In this document: positions 1-7,582 of the stretch, piece after piece
Numbering within the stretch: the first letter of the stretch is position 1
Layout: the number at the start of each line of letters is the position of its first letter
Origin: a virus
DNA: 64,000 bases
Strand: one strand, 5' to 3'
IMG/VR virus record: IMGVR_UViG_3300045988_095964
Translations under genes and position numbers: made by a program
Notes under the pieces: generated by a model
The model's input: the letters and a program-made list of their open reading frames with translations, nothing else
Database searches by the model: none
Told to the model about the DNA's origin: nothing

Positions 1-56
1 CCCAATGGACCCTCGTAGGTGGTGGTAGTGGTGGTGCATCTTCGGGTGGAATAGCT
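1..56. repeat. Left arm of >=56-bp perfect inverted repeat (truncated by window edge)
   Basis: The reverse complement of 909-964 equals 1-56 base for base. The match breaks at 57/908. The arm is coding and encodes ..QWTLVGGGSGGASSGGIA. Confidence 0.95.
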
Positions 57-476
57 CCCGGTACAGTGATATTCAACGACGAATTTTCGTTTGATGGCTA
101 CACCAGCGCAAATCCCGGTCAGTTGTCTCTCTTACAACCTATTCCGTTAGGGTCCATAGTGACTTTCATAGGATCGTATTATTTTGGACCTCCCGCCGAA
201 GAAATTTTACTTTCACCCGAAAGCCCTACATGGTCACTTACAGTAGCTTTACCCACTGGAGTTTCCAGTATCGCACAATATCTGAAAGACATGTTAGTTG
301 TGCAGAATCCTTCTGATGCAAATTTGGTAGTAGACAGGCAACATGCGATATACAAAATAGATGCCAAAAATCTCGTTAATGGCAAAATCAGTACAATAGA
401 TATGTACGCTACTGGAGCTTTGTTGTCTGATATGTATTTAACGATTGACCAAATTATCTATGTTGCGCAGGTATAG
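1..476 (+). CDS. 3' end of tail-fibre-like gene entering from upstream (first full codon at 3); tip variant A, in frame with the constant part
   Basis: The frame is open from the window edge (QWTLVGGGSGGASSGGIAPGTVIFNDEFSFDGYTS...YVAQV*). It has a Gly/Ser hinge typical of fibres. The ORF-track start at 66 is only an internal GTG. Confidence 0.6.
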   Translation, partial: QWTLVGGGSGGASSGGIAPGTVIFNDEFSFDGYTSANPGQLSLLQPIPLGSIVTFIGSYYFGPPAEEILLSPESPTWSLTVALPTGVSSIAQYLKDMLVVQNPSDANLVVDRQHAIYKIDAKNLVNGKISTIDMYATGALLSDMYLTIDQIIYVAQV

Positions 477-511
477 AATAAATCCCCCTCTTAATAGGAG
501 GGGGATTTATT
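477..511. terminator. Bidirectional hairpin between the two convergent fibre tips
   Basis: A 14-bp stem (477-490 pairs with 498-511, core aaatccccctc/gagggggattt) with a 7-nt loop. It sits exactly between the stop codons at 474-476 (+) and 510-512 (-). Confidence 0.7.
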
Positions 512-983
512 AGTTGTAAGCAGGATTATTGTCTGCGGATTTGTATATCCGTTTCACCGTTATCCTACTTCCAACAGGATAACTTTCACCGCCTCTTACT
601 ATGACTGTAAGCTGGCTAACTGTACAATCAATATCCATTGTACCATTGTCAGAGATTACACCTCCTTGGCTACCTCCAGCATTATAAAAGGCACTAAATT
701 GAACACTTGTAAGGTGCTCGCCAACAACTACATTAAAGGTGCGTCCCATGTTAACACCAGTAACGAAGAAACTATCTGGAGTTGTACCTACGTTTAGGTC
801 ATACATTATTGTAAGTATATCTCCATTTTGTAGACCACTTGGTAGATCAAATACGTCCGGAGCGTCATCATTTAACGAGACTTCGCCTGCCCACAAAGTA
901 GCCCCAACAGCTATTCCACCCGAAGATGCACCACCACTACCACCACCTACGAGGGTCCATTGGGACCTACAATAAGCTGAAAA
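510..983 (-). CDS. Start-less alternative fibre-tip cassette (variant B, silent in this orientation)
   Basis: The minus-strand frame reads FSAYCRSQWTLVGGGSGGASSGGIA-VGATLWAGEVSLNDD...NNPAYN*. It shares the repeat-encoded junction with variant A. An in-frame stop at 986-984 closes it, and there is no start codon upstream of the repeat. Confidence 0.6.
   Translation of the reverse strand, partial: FSAYCRSQWTLVGGGSGGASSGGIAVGATLWAGEVSLNDDAPDVFDLPSGLQNGDILTIMYDLNVGTTPDSFFVTGVNMGRTFNVVVGEHLTSVQFSAFYNAGGSQGGVISDNGTMDIDCTVSQLTVIVRGGESYPVGSRITVKRIYKSADNNPAYN
909..964. repeat. Right arm of the inverted repeat
   Basis: Exact reverse complement of 1-56. Confidence 0.95.
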
Positions 984-990
984 TTAGGTG

Positions 991-1022
991 TTTGGAAGTA
1001 TCAAAATATTTTCTTATATTTG
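991..1022 (+). promoter_or_regulatory. Class-1 phage promoter, copy P1
   Basis: tttggaagtatcaaaatattttcTTATATTTG. TTTGGAA sits 23 nt before TTATATTTG, the same register as four other copies. It fits the Bacteroides -33 TTTG / -7 TAnnTTTG consensus. Confidence 0.65.
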
Positions 1023-1046
1023 TTTATAAACATAATCTATAACCCT

Positions 1047-1505
1047 ATGAATATAGCAGTATTACATGTCCGGGCGCAAAAACTTGCGCAGGATGCACTG
1101 GTAGGGGTAACCGATAAGGTAGGTAAACCTATCTACGAACACTGTCAGAGAGTGGCAAGTAAGTTCCCTATGAGCGCAGAGCGTATTGTTGCTATCCTGC
1201 ACGAAATTGTGGAGGATAGCGATGTTACGCTCGCCGACCTGTCAGTAGAGCATGAATTTCCGGAGGAGATAGTTCGTGCCGTGGAAGCAATCACCCATGT
1301 AAAAGGCGAGGACTATCCCGACTACATTGTTCGGGTTTCCCGTAACAAGATCGCTACTGCCGTTAAGTTGGCCGACCTCCGGGACAACATGGACATCACC
1401 CGGTTGCCTAAACTGGTAGATTCCGATTACCGACGGTTACAGAAGTATCACGCGGCCTACCTGTTTCTGCGTAAGGAATGGGAGTACGCCTACAAAACTA
1501 AATAA
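1047..1505 (+). CDS. HD-domain hydrolase, RelA/SpoT-type small alarmone hydrolase-like
   Basis: Motifs YEHCQRVA, AILHEIVEDSDVTLADL and VKLADLRDNM match the (p)ppGpp-hydrolase HD fold, but with HE in place of the HD doublet. An ATG at 1047 downstream of the promoter is preferred over the TTG at 1020. Confidence 0.65.
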   Translation: MNIAVLHVRAQKLAQDALVGVTDKVGKPIYEHCQRVASKFPMSAERIVAILHEIVEDSDVTLADLSVEHEFPEEIVRAVEAITHVKGEDYPDYIVRVSRNKIATAVKLADLRDNMDITRLPKLVDSDYRRLQKYHAAYLFLRKEWEYAYKTK

Positions 1506-1507
1506 CC

Positions 1508-1717
1508 ATGAAGACTTATTGGTTTGTGTCCTACATATCTGTAAACAGAGAGGGGACTGGTTTTGGTCGTGCATTCGTGGAGAGTAATCAAAAATGGTTG
1601 GTGCTTACGGATGCCGAAGACCAACTTAAACAGGCTAACAACAGCATAAGTCTAACTATCCTCCACTATAAGGAGGTAACAAAAAGGGAATACGATTTTC
1701 ACCTTAGTAATGATTAA
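1508..1717 (+). CDS. hypothetical protein
   Basis: A 69-aa ATG ORF starting 3 nt after the upstream stop. No motif recognised. Confidence 0.5.
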   Translation: MKTYWFVSYISVNREGTGFGRAFVESNQKWLVLTDAEDQLKQANNSISLTILHYKEVTKREYDFHLSND

Positions 1718-1810
1718 CGAAGATAACGAAATTACCGGGTTGGAGATGCTTTGCTGGATGGCGGCAATCATCTTTGTAGTAATTGTGATAACGATTCTAT
1801 CCGTACAGTT

Positions 1811-2413
1811 ATGAAAAAGAACAAAATAGAAGTGAGTATCATGCGAGATTCCAATTTGGACTTGCAAGAGTTCAATAAGGGTACCAGTAGCGAGTACGCC
1901 ACAGGTGTTCTCTACCATCCGTTAGGTCTCGTAGAGGTGTATACGGAGAAAAATCTTCTGTCGTTAAAAACTATCGTCAGAGGTAGACTGTACGTACAAT
2001 ATTTCAACAAGAATTTTACTCGGATGGGTATTCACACTAAGGCATCCCGGTTTATCAATGAGGTAGTCGGAATGTCCGAGAGTGAACCGTGTCCGCATAT
2101 TCCCAAGTCTTTCGAGGAAGCTATCCGTAAATGTGTCGTTAAGAAACCCCTTGTTTACTGGAAGTACCAGTTACAAAAGGTGTCGAAACGAACCGGAGAA
2201 GTCCTTGCGTACAAGCGGTACATGAACGAGGGATTCCTGCGCCGATACGGTTCCGCAATACGTGAATCATACGAGGGTAGTGGTGAGGTGATCTACAACT
2301 CAGCTACCAAAGAGTGGGAACGCTTCGAAGTTGAAGTGGAATTATTCCGTTGGGATCGCGCTAAACCGGAGAAGGTTCCCCACGAAGAAATGATTCGCCT
2401 TACGACTTTGTAG
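1811..2413 (+). CDS. hypothetical protein
   Basis: The ORF runs 1751-2413. The first ATG at 1811 (MKKNKIEV..) is preferred over the TTG. No motif recognised. Confidence 0.55.
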   Translation: MKKNKIEVSIMRDSNLDLQEFNKGTSSEYATGVLYHPLGLVEVYTEKNLLSLKTIVRGRLYVQYFNKNFTRMGIHTKASRFINEVVGMSESEPCPHIPKSFEEAIRKCVVKKPLVYWKYQLQKVSKRTGEVLAYKRYMNEGFLRRYGSAIRESYEGSGEVIYNSATKEWERFEVEVELFRWDRAKPEKVPHEEMIRLTTL

Positions 2414-2414
2414 A

Positions 2415-2639
2415 ATGCGAAAGTTATCTGCTATTTGGCGTATCTTGTGGGCGGATGAATTCGCTGTATTTACCCTCCAAGATTGTAAGTCCCGACCCGG
2501 TTGGTTAGGTGCTCCTAATTTCTTTTGGATCATCTCCCACGAAGATTCCACGTTCTTTTGGTATATTAAGGAGCGCATGAAAACCATCTTGGAAAAGAAA
2601 CCTTTGAATATACATGACCTGTGGAGGAAATCCATGTAA
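2415..2639 (+). CDS. hypothetical protein
   Basis: A 74-aa ATG ORF starting 2 nt after the upstream stop. Confidence 0.5.
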   Translation: MRKLSAIWRILWADEFAVFTLQDCKSRPGWLGAPNFFWIISHEDSTFFWYIKERMKTILEKKPLNIHDLWRKSM

Positions 2640-2647
2640 CCAATTTA

Positions 2648-2676
2648 AGACGGTCCTAATCGACCGTCTTTTTTTA
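2648..2676 (+). terminator. Rho-independent terminator
   Basis: An 8-bp stem agacggtc/gaccgtct with a 6-nt loop, followed by T7. Confidence 0.75.
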
Positions 2677-2706
2677 TGTCGAATTGGATTTTACGTAGAA
2701 TTAGCT

Positions 2707-2714
2707 TATATTTG
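2707..2714 (+). promoter_or_regulatory. -7 box TAtaTTTG
   Basis: Exact TAnnTTTG 44 nt upstream of the ATG at 2758. Confidence 0.4.
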
Positions 2715-2757
2715 CAGAGGTTGGATAACAGTTTGTCAAACTCTTAAACTCAAGGTC

Positions 2758-2982
2758 ATGGCTTTAATTACCGAATTAACCATTCTCAACCCTGCGGACA
2801 AGACCCGGATGTATTCGGTTTGTACCGGCAAGGGTGCTCCTACGGACGCCGCTGACCCGCTTATCGCTGATGTTCTGACGTACCCTATCGGGTCGCAGTA
2901 CACCGACCTTACGGGTAAGAAATTCTACGTTCGCATGGCAGATGCCAAAGCCGCCGCCGACTGGGTAAGTCCCGGTGCGTAG
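2758..2982 (+). CDS. hypothetical protein (precedes fibre gene)
   Basis: ATG at 2758 (MALITELTILNPADK..), lying between a -7 box and a terminator. Confidence 0.5.
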   Translation: MALITELTILNPADKTRMYSVCTGKGAPTDAADPLIADVLTYPIGSQYTDLTGKKFYVRMADAKAAADWVSPGA

Positions 2983-2997
2983 GTGAAATTCACAACC

Positions 2998-3030
2998 GGG
3001 GCCGCTTAATCCAAGTGGCCCCATCTTTTT
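2998..3030 (+). terminator. Hairpin plus T-run
   Basis: ggggcc (2998-3003) pairs with ggcccc (3017-3022) and is followed by atctttttcttt. Confidence 0.5.
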
Positions 3031-3042
3031 CTTTGTATAGAT

Positions 3043-5976
3043 ATGGCTTCATTAGTACAATTAAAGGGTGATACCCTTGCACGTTTTGAAAAGATAAACC
3101 CGGTGCTTCGTATCAAGGAGCCTGCACTTATTGCGCTGGACCCTGCGAACCCGACTAAGTATACCCACATGGTTATCGGCGACGGTAAGACCAAATTCAA
3201 AGATTTGCCGAAACTGAACTTGGGTGGCAGTTCCAGCTATGAAGATTTGGAGAATCTTCCCTCCATCGAAAATGTCCGACTTATCGGTGACGTGACATTG
3301 GATCAAATCGGTGCTGTACGTCAGGAAGATTTTGATAAACGGATGCCTATCGTCATCGACGTACTCGCTTCCGACTATCAGCAAAAGGTTCTTACCGCTT
3401 TGGACTCTATGAACAGGGACACTCCTGTTCCGACGTTTCTCAAGGTGGACGGATTGACGTTGTATGTTTGTGGGTGGCGTACCGTTGATTCCGACACGAT
3501 GCTATGGGTTACTGCACCGCTCGCAGTTAAAGGTGACGTGCTCGTTGAATTGGGGGTTACCTCGTATTCGGTCAATACGACGGATGGGTCTATCACTGCC
3601 CAAGATCAGATGCTCACCAAGGTTCTTAGTGAATCTGCATTGGTTCAGGAGATCGGTTCGGGCACTGACAAGGTAATGTCACAGGATGCTGTGACTAAAG
3701 TTCTGAAAACTCAGATCGACGCTTGCTTCGCGTCGGCTAAGAAATACACCGATGACAATATCATCGGGCATAATACGTCGGAAACCGCGCATATCGACAT
3801 TAGGAACTTGCTTAATTCATGTGTAGGATTGCCGACGTATGACGATACGGAGTATTCATTGACCTTTACTACTATCGACGGACGTAGATTGGTCATAGAC
3901 CTTCCTATCGAGCAACTCGCCTTACGGTATAACGTAGAGACTCAGAGTATCGAGTTTACCAACGCTGACGGTTCCGTTACGAGTATTCCCGTAGCTGCTT
4001 TCGTAAAGATTTACACAGGTTCTATCGGTTCTCAGATTCAGGTTAATATCGGTAACGATAACGACATACACGCTTCGATCCTCAAAAACAGCATCGACTG
4101 GGATTCTCTGTCGTTCGCCTTGCAGGAGAGAATCAACAGTCATATTTCCGCCGAGGAGTTTGCTACACAAGCTGTCCGTACAGACATTGAGCAAACTTTG
4201 TCTATCGAGGCTCAGAATCAGGCGTTGGAGAACATCGGTGCTGATCTGATGGTTATTGATCTTGTCAATGGTCAGGCGACACTTACCGATGAGCAGGAGG
4301 CCAGATTGTTGTCGAGTAAAGGAGTTATCTTGCGGGGTACGGTAAATGCAGGCAAGGAGGTACTTACTAAAATATATTTTAGTGATTATCAAGGAGGAGA
4401 TGAAGTAAGTTTCTATGCACTCCGAAACAAAGAGTTTTGTCTTAGGTGTTCTTATACCAAATCGACAAAAATTTTCAAGTATGTTACTGGCAACAGATGG
4501 ACCAATCCCACTTATGTTTCGACTGTTTATTCTCAGAACTTTTCTATGAGTGAACAGGCGCATGCGTTTGCAAATCTCGGTTGGAAGGTTCATGTGATCT
4601 CGGAGTCTGCTATTGGTTCCTCGGATGCAGTTTCGGACGATGAGAAAGCCGCACGTCTTTCGGCCACCGCCTTATTGGTGCAGGAGACGGGTGAGATGTA
4701 TATTTATGGGCATAATAGCACATCCACTCCGTCAGATCGCCGTTTTTATAGATTTCATGATACTAAAACATTAGCACTACTTAATGTTGTTACAACTACT
4801 GGGTTGATTACCCAACCTCCTTTTGTCAATATTTATGATGAAAATGCCGTTTCTTTTAATATTGACCAAAGTGGTGTTTCTAACGATAGGAAGAATAAAG
4901 CCTTGGGCAACATAGGTATTGATCTTGTTAGAATTCCGCACTCTCTTTTGGGTACTACACTGTCGGACGAGATGGCGAATGTTATCAATAATGCCCGAGG
5001 TATTATTTTAGTTGATACTCCATCCGGTTACAGTAATCCGTCGGTTTTCATTAAAGGCAATAATGTATCTGGGTCTTGTATCTTCGTAGGCTTTGTCACG
5101 GGAAATACGTATTCTATATTCACGCTTAACAAGTCTACAAAATTATTGTCGAGTATAAGTTCCGGTTTAACTTATGGAGGTTCGGTAAGATACGCCGAGG
5201 TTCAGAATTTAACCACATCGCAGCAGGATACGGCTTTGTCTAATATAGGTCTTGATTTTGTCATTGTAGATTACTCTGAATTAGTGACTACTTTATCCGA
5301 CGATAGACTGTCTCAGCTTGTAAATGCCAAAGGGATTATCTTGACTAATACTCCTGATGATTACATACGCTCAGTAGTATTTACTGCTGGGACAAAATTA
5401 GTTAGTACTATTACTTTTTCTTCTATCGAGAATTTTCAGGATATAAATTATATTGTTTTGAACATTCCGAATAAGACACTTAGCTTAGTTCAGACATCAA
5501 AGTTAGTAGTAAGTAATTTGAATCAGAATCTAACCAATACTCAAAAAGACACGGTATTGTCTAATATTGGGTTGGATTTTATACAGTTAGATTATTCTTT
5601 ACTGGGTACGACTTTAGATAATTCTACGGCTGCTCTTATTGAGAATGCCAAGGGATTGATTTTAACTAATGAGCCAGACAGTAGTCATTCTGTTATATTG
5701 ACAAGATCTACTGTTGTCAACAATATAATTTATTTCAATTCTTGGCGAGGTGTCAGTCTTGTAGATCAAATCGTTTATAATGTTGCCACTAAGGCACTAT
5801 CGCGAATTTCGAGTACAGACTTGCATTTTGATTCTGTAAGGTATAGTATATCTCAACATCTTACAGATGTTAATAAGCAACAAGCACGTACTAATATTGG
5901 GGTTCAGTCGGCAGATGAGTTGCTTGAGGATGCAGATTTTATTGCTTCACTGAAGGTAAAACTTGGAATTGAATAA
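3043..5976 (+). CDS. Long tail-fibre-like protein with tandem ~110-aa modules
   Basis: 977 aa. Six recurrences of a xxQxxAxxN(I/L)G motif typical of phage fibres: QALENIG, AFANLG, KALGNIG, TALSNIG, TVLSNIG, QARTNIG. Confidence 0.7.
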   Translation: MASLVQLKGDTLARFEKINPVLRIKEPALIALDPANPTKYTHMVIGDGKTKFKDLPKLNLGGSSSYEDLENLPSIENVRLIGDVTLDQIGAVRQEDFDKRMPIVIDVLASDYQQKVLTALDSMNRDTPVPTFLKVDGLTLYVCGWRTVDSDTMLWVTAPLAVKGDVLVELGVTSYSVNTTDGSITAQDQMLTKVLSESALVQEIGSGTDKVMSQDAVTKVLKTQIDACFASAKKYTDDNIIGHNTSETAHIDIRNLLNSCVGLPTYDDTEYSLTFTTIDGRRLVIDLPIEQLALRYNVETQSIEFTNADGSVTSIPVAAFVKIYTGSIGSQIQVNIGNDNDIHASILKNSIDWDSLSFALQERINSHISAEEFATQAVRTDIEQTLSIEAQNQALENIGADLMVIDLVNGQATLTDEQEARLLSSKGVILRGTVNAGKEVLTKIYFSDYQGGDEVSFYALRNKEFCLRCSYTKSTKIFKYVTGNRWTNPTYVSTVYSQNFSMSEQAHAFANLGWKVHVISESAIGSSDAVSDDEKAARLSATALLVQETGEMYIYGHNSTSTPSDRRFYRFHDTKTLALLNVVTTTGLITQPPFVNIYDENAVSFNIDQSGVSNDRKNKALGNIGIDLVRIPHSLLGTTLSDEMANVINNARGIILVDTPSGYSNPSVFIKGNNVSGSCIFVGFVTGNTYSIFTLNKSTKLLSSISSGLTYGGSVRYAEVQNLTTSQQDTALSNIGLDFVIVDYSELVTTLSDDRLSQLVNAKGIILTNTPDDYIRSVVFTAGTKLVSTITFSSIENFQDINYIVLNIPNKTLSLVQTSKLVVSNLNQNLTNTQKDTVLSNIGLDFIQLDYSLLGTTLDNSTAALIENAKGLILTNEPDSSHSVILTRSTVVNNIIYFNSWRGVSLVDQIVYNVATKALSRISSTDLHFDSVRYSISQHLTDVNKQQARTNIGVQSADELLEDADFIASLKVKLGIE
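4210..5907 (+). repeat. Intragenic tandem modules of the fibre gene (period 321-342 nt)
   Basis: The N(I/L)G codons occur at 4231, 4573, 4909, 5242, 5563 and 5893. Modules 3-5 also share LGTTLSD / A(K/R)GIILTNTP strings. Confidence 0.75.
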
Positions 5977-5987
5977 CTGATTTAACT

Positions 5988-6392
5988 ATGAAAGATACGA
6001 TCCCTGTTTGGGTTAAAGTGGTCAGACGTTTGTTTAAGATTTACACTCCGTTTATTTGCGCGGTCTTTGTGATTGCGCACGGTTGGATGTACATGACCGA
6101 TTCTCTTTCGGAACAAACAAAATACCTGTTCAGTGTTATCGGTGGTAGTTCTATTTTGCTGTTGGCGTACATGTGGTTTGAGAACTACAAAATGTGCGTT
6201 TGGTACAAGGCAACTTTAGCGGCACTCCTATGCGTACATGTGGATAGTTTGCTGTACTACTTCACCGATATGGATGCAGATGCCTATTACTATTCTACGT
6301 TGGTATTTGCACTGGCCGGCATCTTGTTCTTTGTCATATTCAGCTTGTGCTACAAGGTTACTGTTGATATGTCATGTATTCGCAGACGTTGA
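5988..6392 (+). CDS. Multi-pass membrane protein
   Basis: 134 aa with about four hydrophobic segments (FICAVFVIAHGWMY, GGSSILLLAYMWF, LAALLCVHV, LVFALAGILFFVIF). Confidence 0.55.
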   Translation: MKDTIPVWVKVVRRLFKIYTPFICAVFVIAHGWMYMTDSLSEQTKYLFSVIGGSSILLLAYMWFENYKMCVWYKATLAALLCVHVDSLLYYFTDMDADAYYYSTLVFALAGILFFVIFSLCYKVTVDMSCIRRR

Positions 6393-6660
6393 GGAACACC
6401 GAGATGATACTTATACCGCGTTCGCGTATGTCACGCAAAGAAAACTTTTTACCTTTTATATAGGCGATGTAGAGAAGAATTATTTCTGTATTCTTTGTCA
6501 GTCCGTTCTTTTCGCGGATGTGCCTTGTATGGTTATTGACAGTAGCCGGGGAGATACACAACTCCTCGGCTATTTCCTTTTCTGATAAACCACAAGCTAA
6601 TAGTTCGGCGACTTTCAATTCTTGTGGCGAGAATGGTGTATTTACGTTATTGACCATCAT
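6358..6660 (-). CDS. LuxR/GerE-type HTH transcriptional regulator (HTH-only)
   Basis: ELKVAELLACGLSEKEIAEELCISPATVNNHTRHIREKNGL is a classic LuxR C-terminal HTH. It is the only intact minus-strand gene in the window. Confidence 0.8.
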   Translation of the reverse strand: MMVNNVNTPFSPQELKVAELLACGLSEKEIAEELCISPATVNNHTRHIREKNGLTKNTEIILLYIAYIKGKKFSLRDIRERGISIISVFLNVCEYMTYQQ

Positions 6661-6707
6661 AGCGTAAAGAGTTAGTTTTGTGGTATAAAGATAAGCTATT
6701 TTGTTCT

Positions 6708-6992
6708 ATGTGCAAAGAATTTTATGAATTGGCAGATACGGTCTGCCAACAGATTCCGTTGAAACGGGATAAACTGTTTTCCTCGAATGAGGAACTCTAT
6801 GTAAATGCCCGGTGCGCCTTAATCAATGAATTGTGCGAAAGAGGATATTCCGATATGCTGATAGCCCAGCTTTCCGGTCTTACTCGTCAGACAGTAAATC
6901 GTCTGAAAAACCAGTACCACATGAAATACAGACACTCGGCATTGGTGCGCGAACTTAGCAATATACTTAGCGTGAAAGTTGTCGCAAAATAA
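6708..6992 (+). CDS. Putative HTH DNA-binding protein, divergent from the LuxR gene
   Basis: MLIAQLSGLTRQTVNRLKNQ resembles an HTH. A TAgtTTTG box lies at 6673-6680. ATG at 6708 is preferred over the TTG at 6678. Confidence 0.5.
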   Translation: MCKEFYELADTVCQQIPLKRDKLFSSNEELYVNARCALINELCERGYSDMLIAQLSGLTRQTVNRLKNQYHMKYRHSALVRELSNILSVKVVAK

Positions 6993-7067
6993 TTTCAGTA
7001 GCGCGAGGCTTCTTCTCAACTTTGTGATGCGGGTAATATTGCTCGATTAACAAAATTTTTCAAAGTC

Positions 7068-7523
7068 ATGGAAGACACCCATCGTTACGATTTTAGCGAC
7101 TACGAACAGACCAAAGTCGCTTACATGATGTCGAAGAAACCCAGCGGTGTGGGTATCGCTGGCCTCGCTATCGGCTCGACTGCCCTGTTGGGCATGATCG
7201 GTGCGTGGATTTTCGCGGGCGTTTACGCAAACGCCAAGTCGAAGGGTAACGAGCGTGCAATCGACCTGCTCGCCAACAACGCTCTTTCGGAGCGTGCCGA
7301 GCGTGTCGGTCAGCAACCTCGTTTCGTTGACTACGTGAACGTCACGACGCAGGCCAACGCAGGTGCCGGTGCTGGTGCAGGTGCTCAGGCACTTTCGACC
7401 GCCGAAGCACTCGCACTGCTCGTCAACGGTGGCAGTGGCAGAAACGGTCAGGTATGTCCGCAACCCGTTGCGCTGTACCAGCCCGCTATGCCTTGCTCCT
7501 GCCCCGGTGGTTGCAACCAGTAG
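7068..7523 (+). CDS. Membrane protein with Ala/Gly low-complexity and Cys-rich tail
   Basis: One TM segment (GIAGLAIGSTALLGMIGAWIFAGVYA), a NAGAGAGAGAQA stretch and a C-terminal CPQP..PCSCPGGC. The 172-aa ORF on the opposite strand is judged a shadow ORF. Confidence 0.5.
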   Translation: MEDTHRYDFSDYEQTKVAYMMSKKPSGVGIAGLAIGSTALLGMIGAWIFAGVYANAKSKGNERAIDLLANNALSERAERVGQQPRFVDYVNVTTQANAGAGAGAGAQALSTAEALALLVNGGSGRNGQVCPQPVALYQPAMPCSCPGGCNQ

Positions 7524-7582
7524 CGAACCCGTGGTCGGGAGGGTCTTTCGGGGTCCTCCCACCACATTTTTAATCAGAAAGT

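Larger units (their letters stand above)
1..964. mobile_element. Putative invertible DNA segment carrying two alternative tail-fibre tips
   Basis: Perfect inverted repeats at 1-56 and 909-964 bracket two convergent open frames. Both frames read through the repeat. See the component features below. Confidence 0.6.

Noticed and set aside
1746-1814. A 22-codon hydrophobic micro-ORF (MLCWMAAIIFVVIVITILSVQL*) that is ATGA-coupled to the gene starting at 1811.
   Set aside because: It is plausible as a membrane micropeptide. But it is too short to support without expression data, and it is not annotated as a feature.
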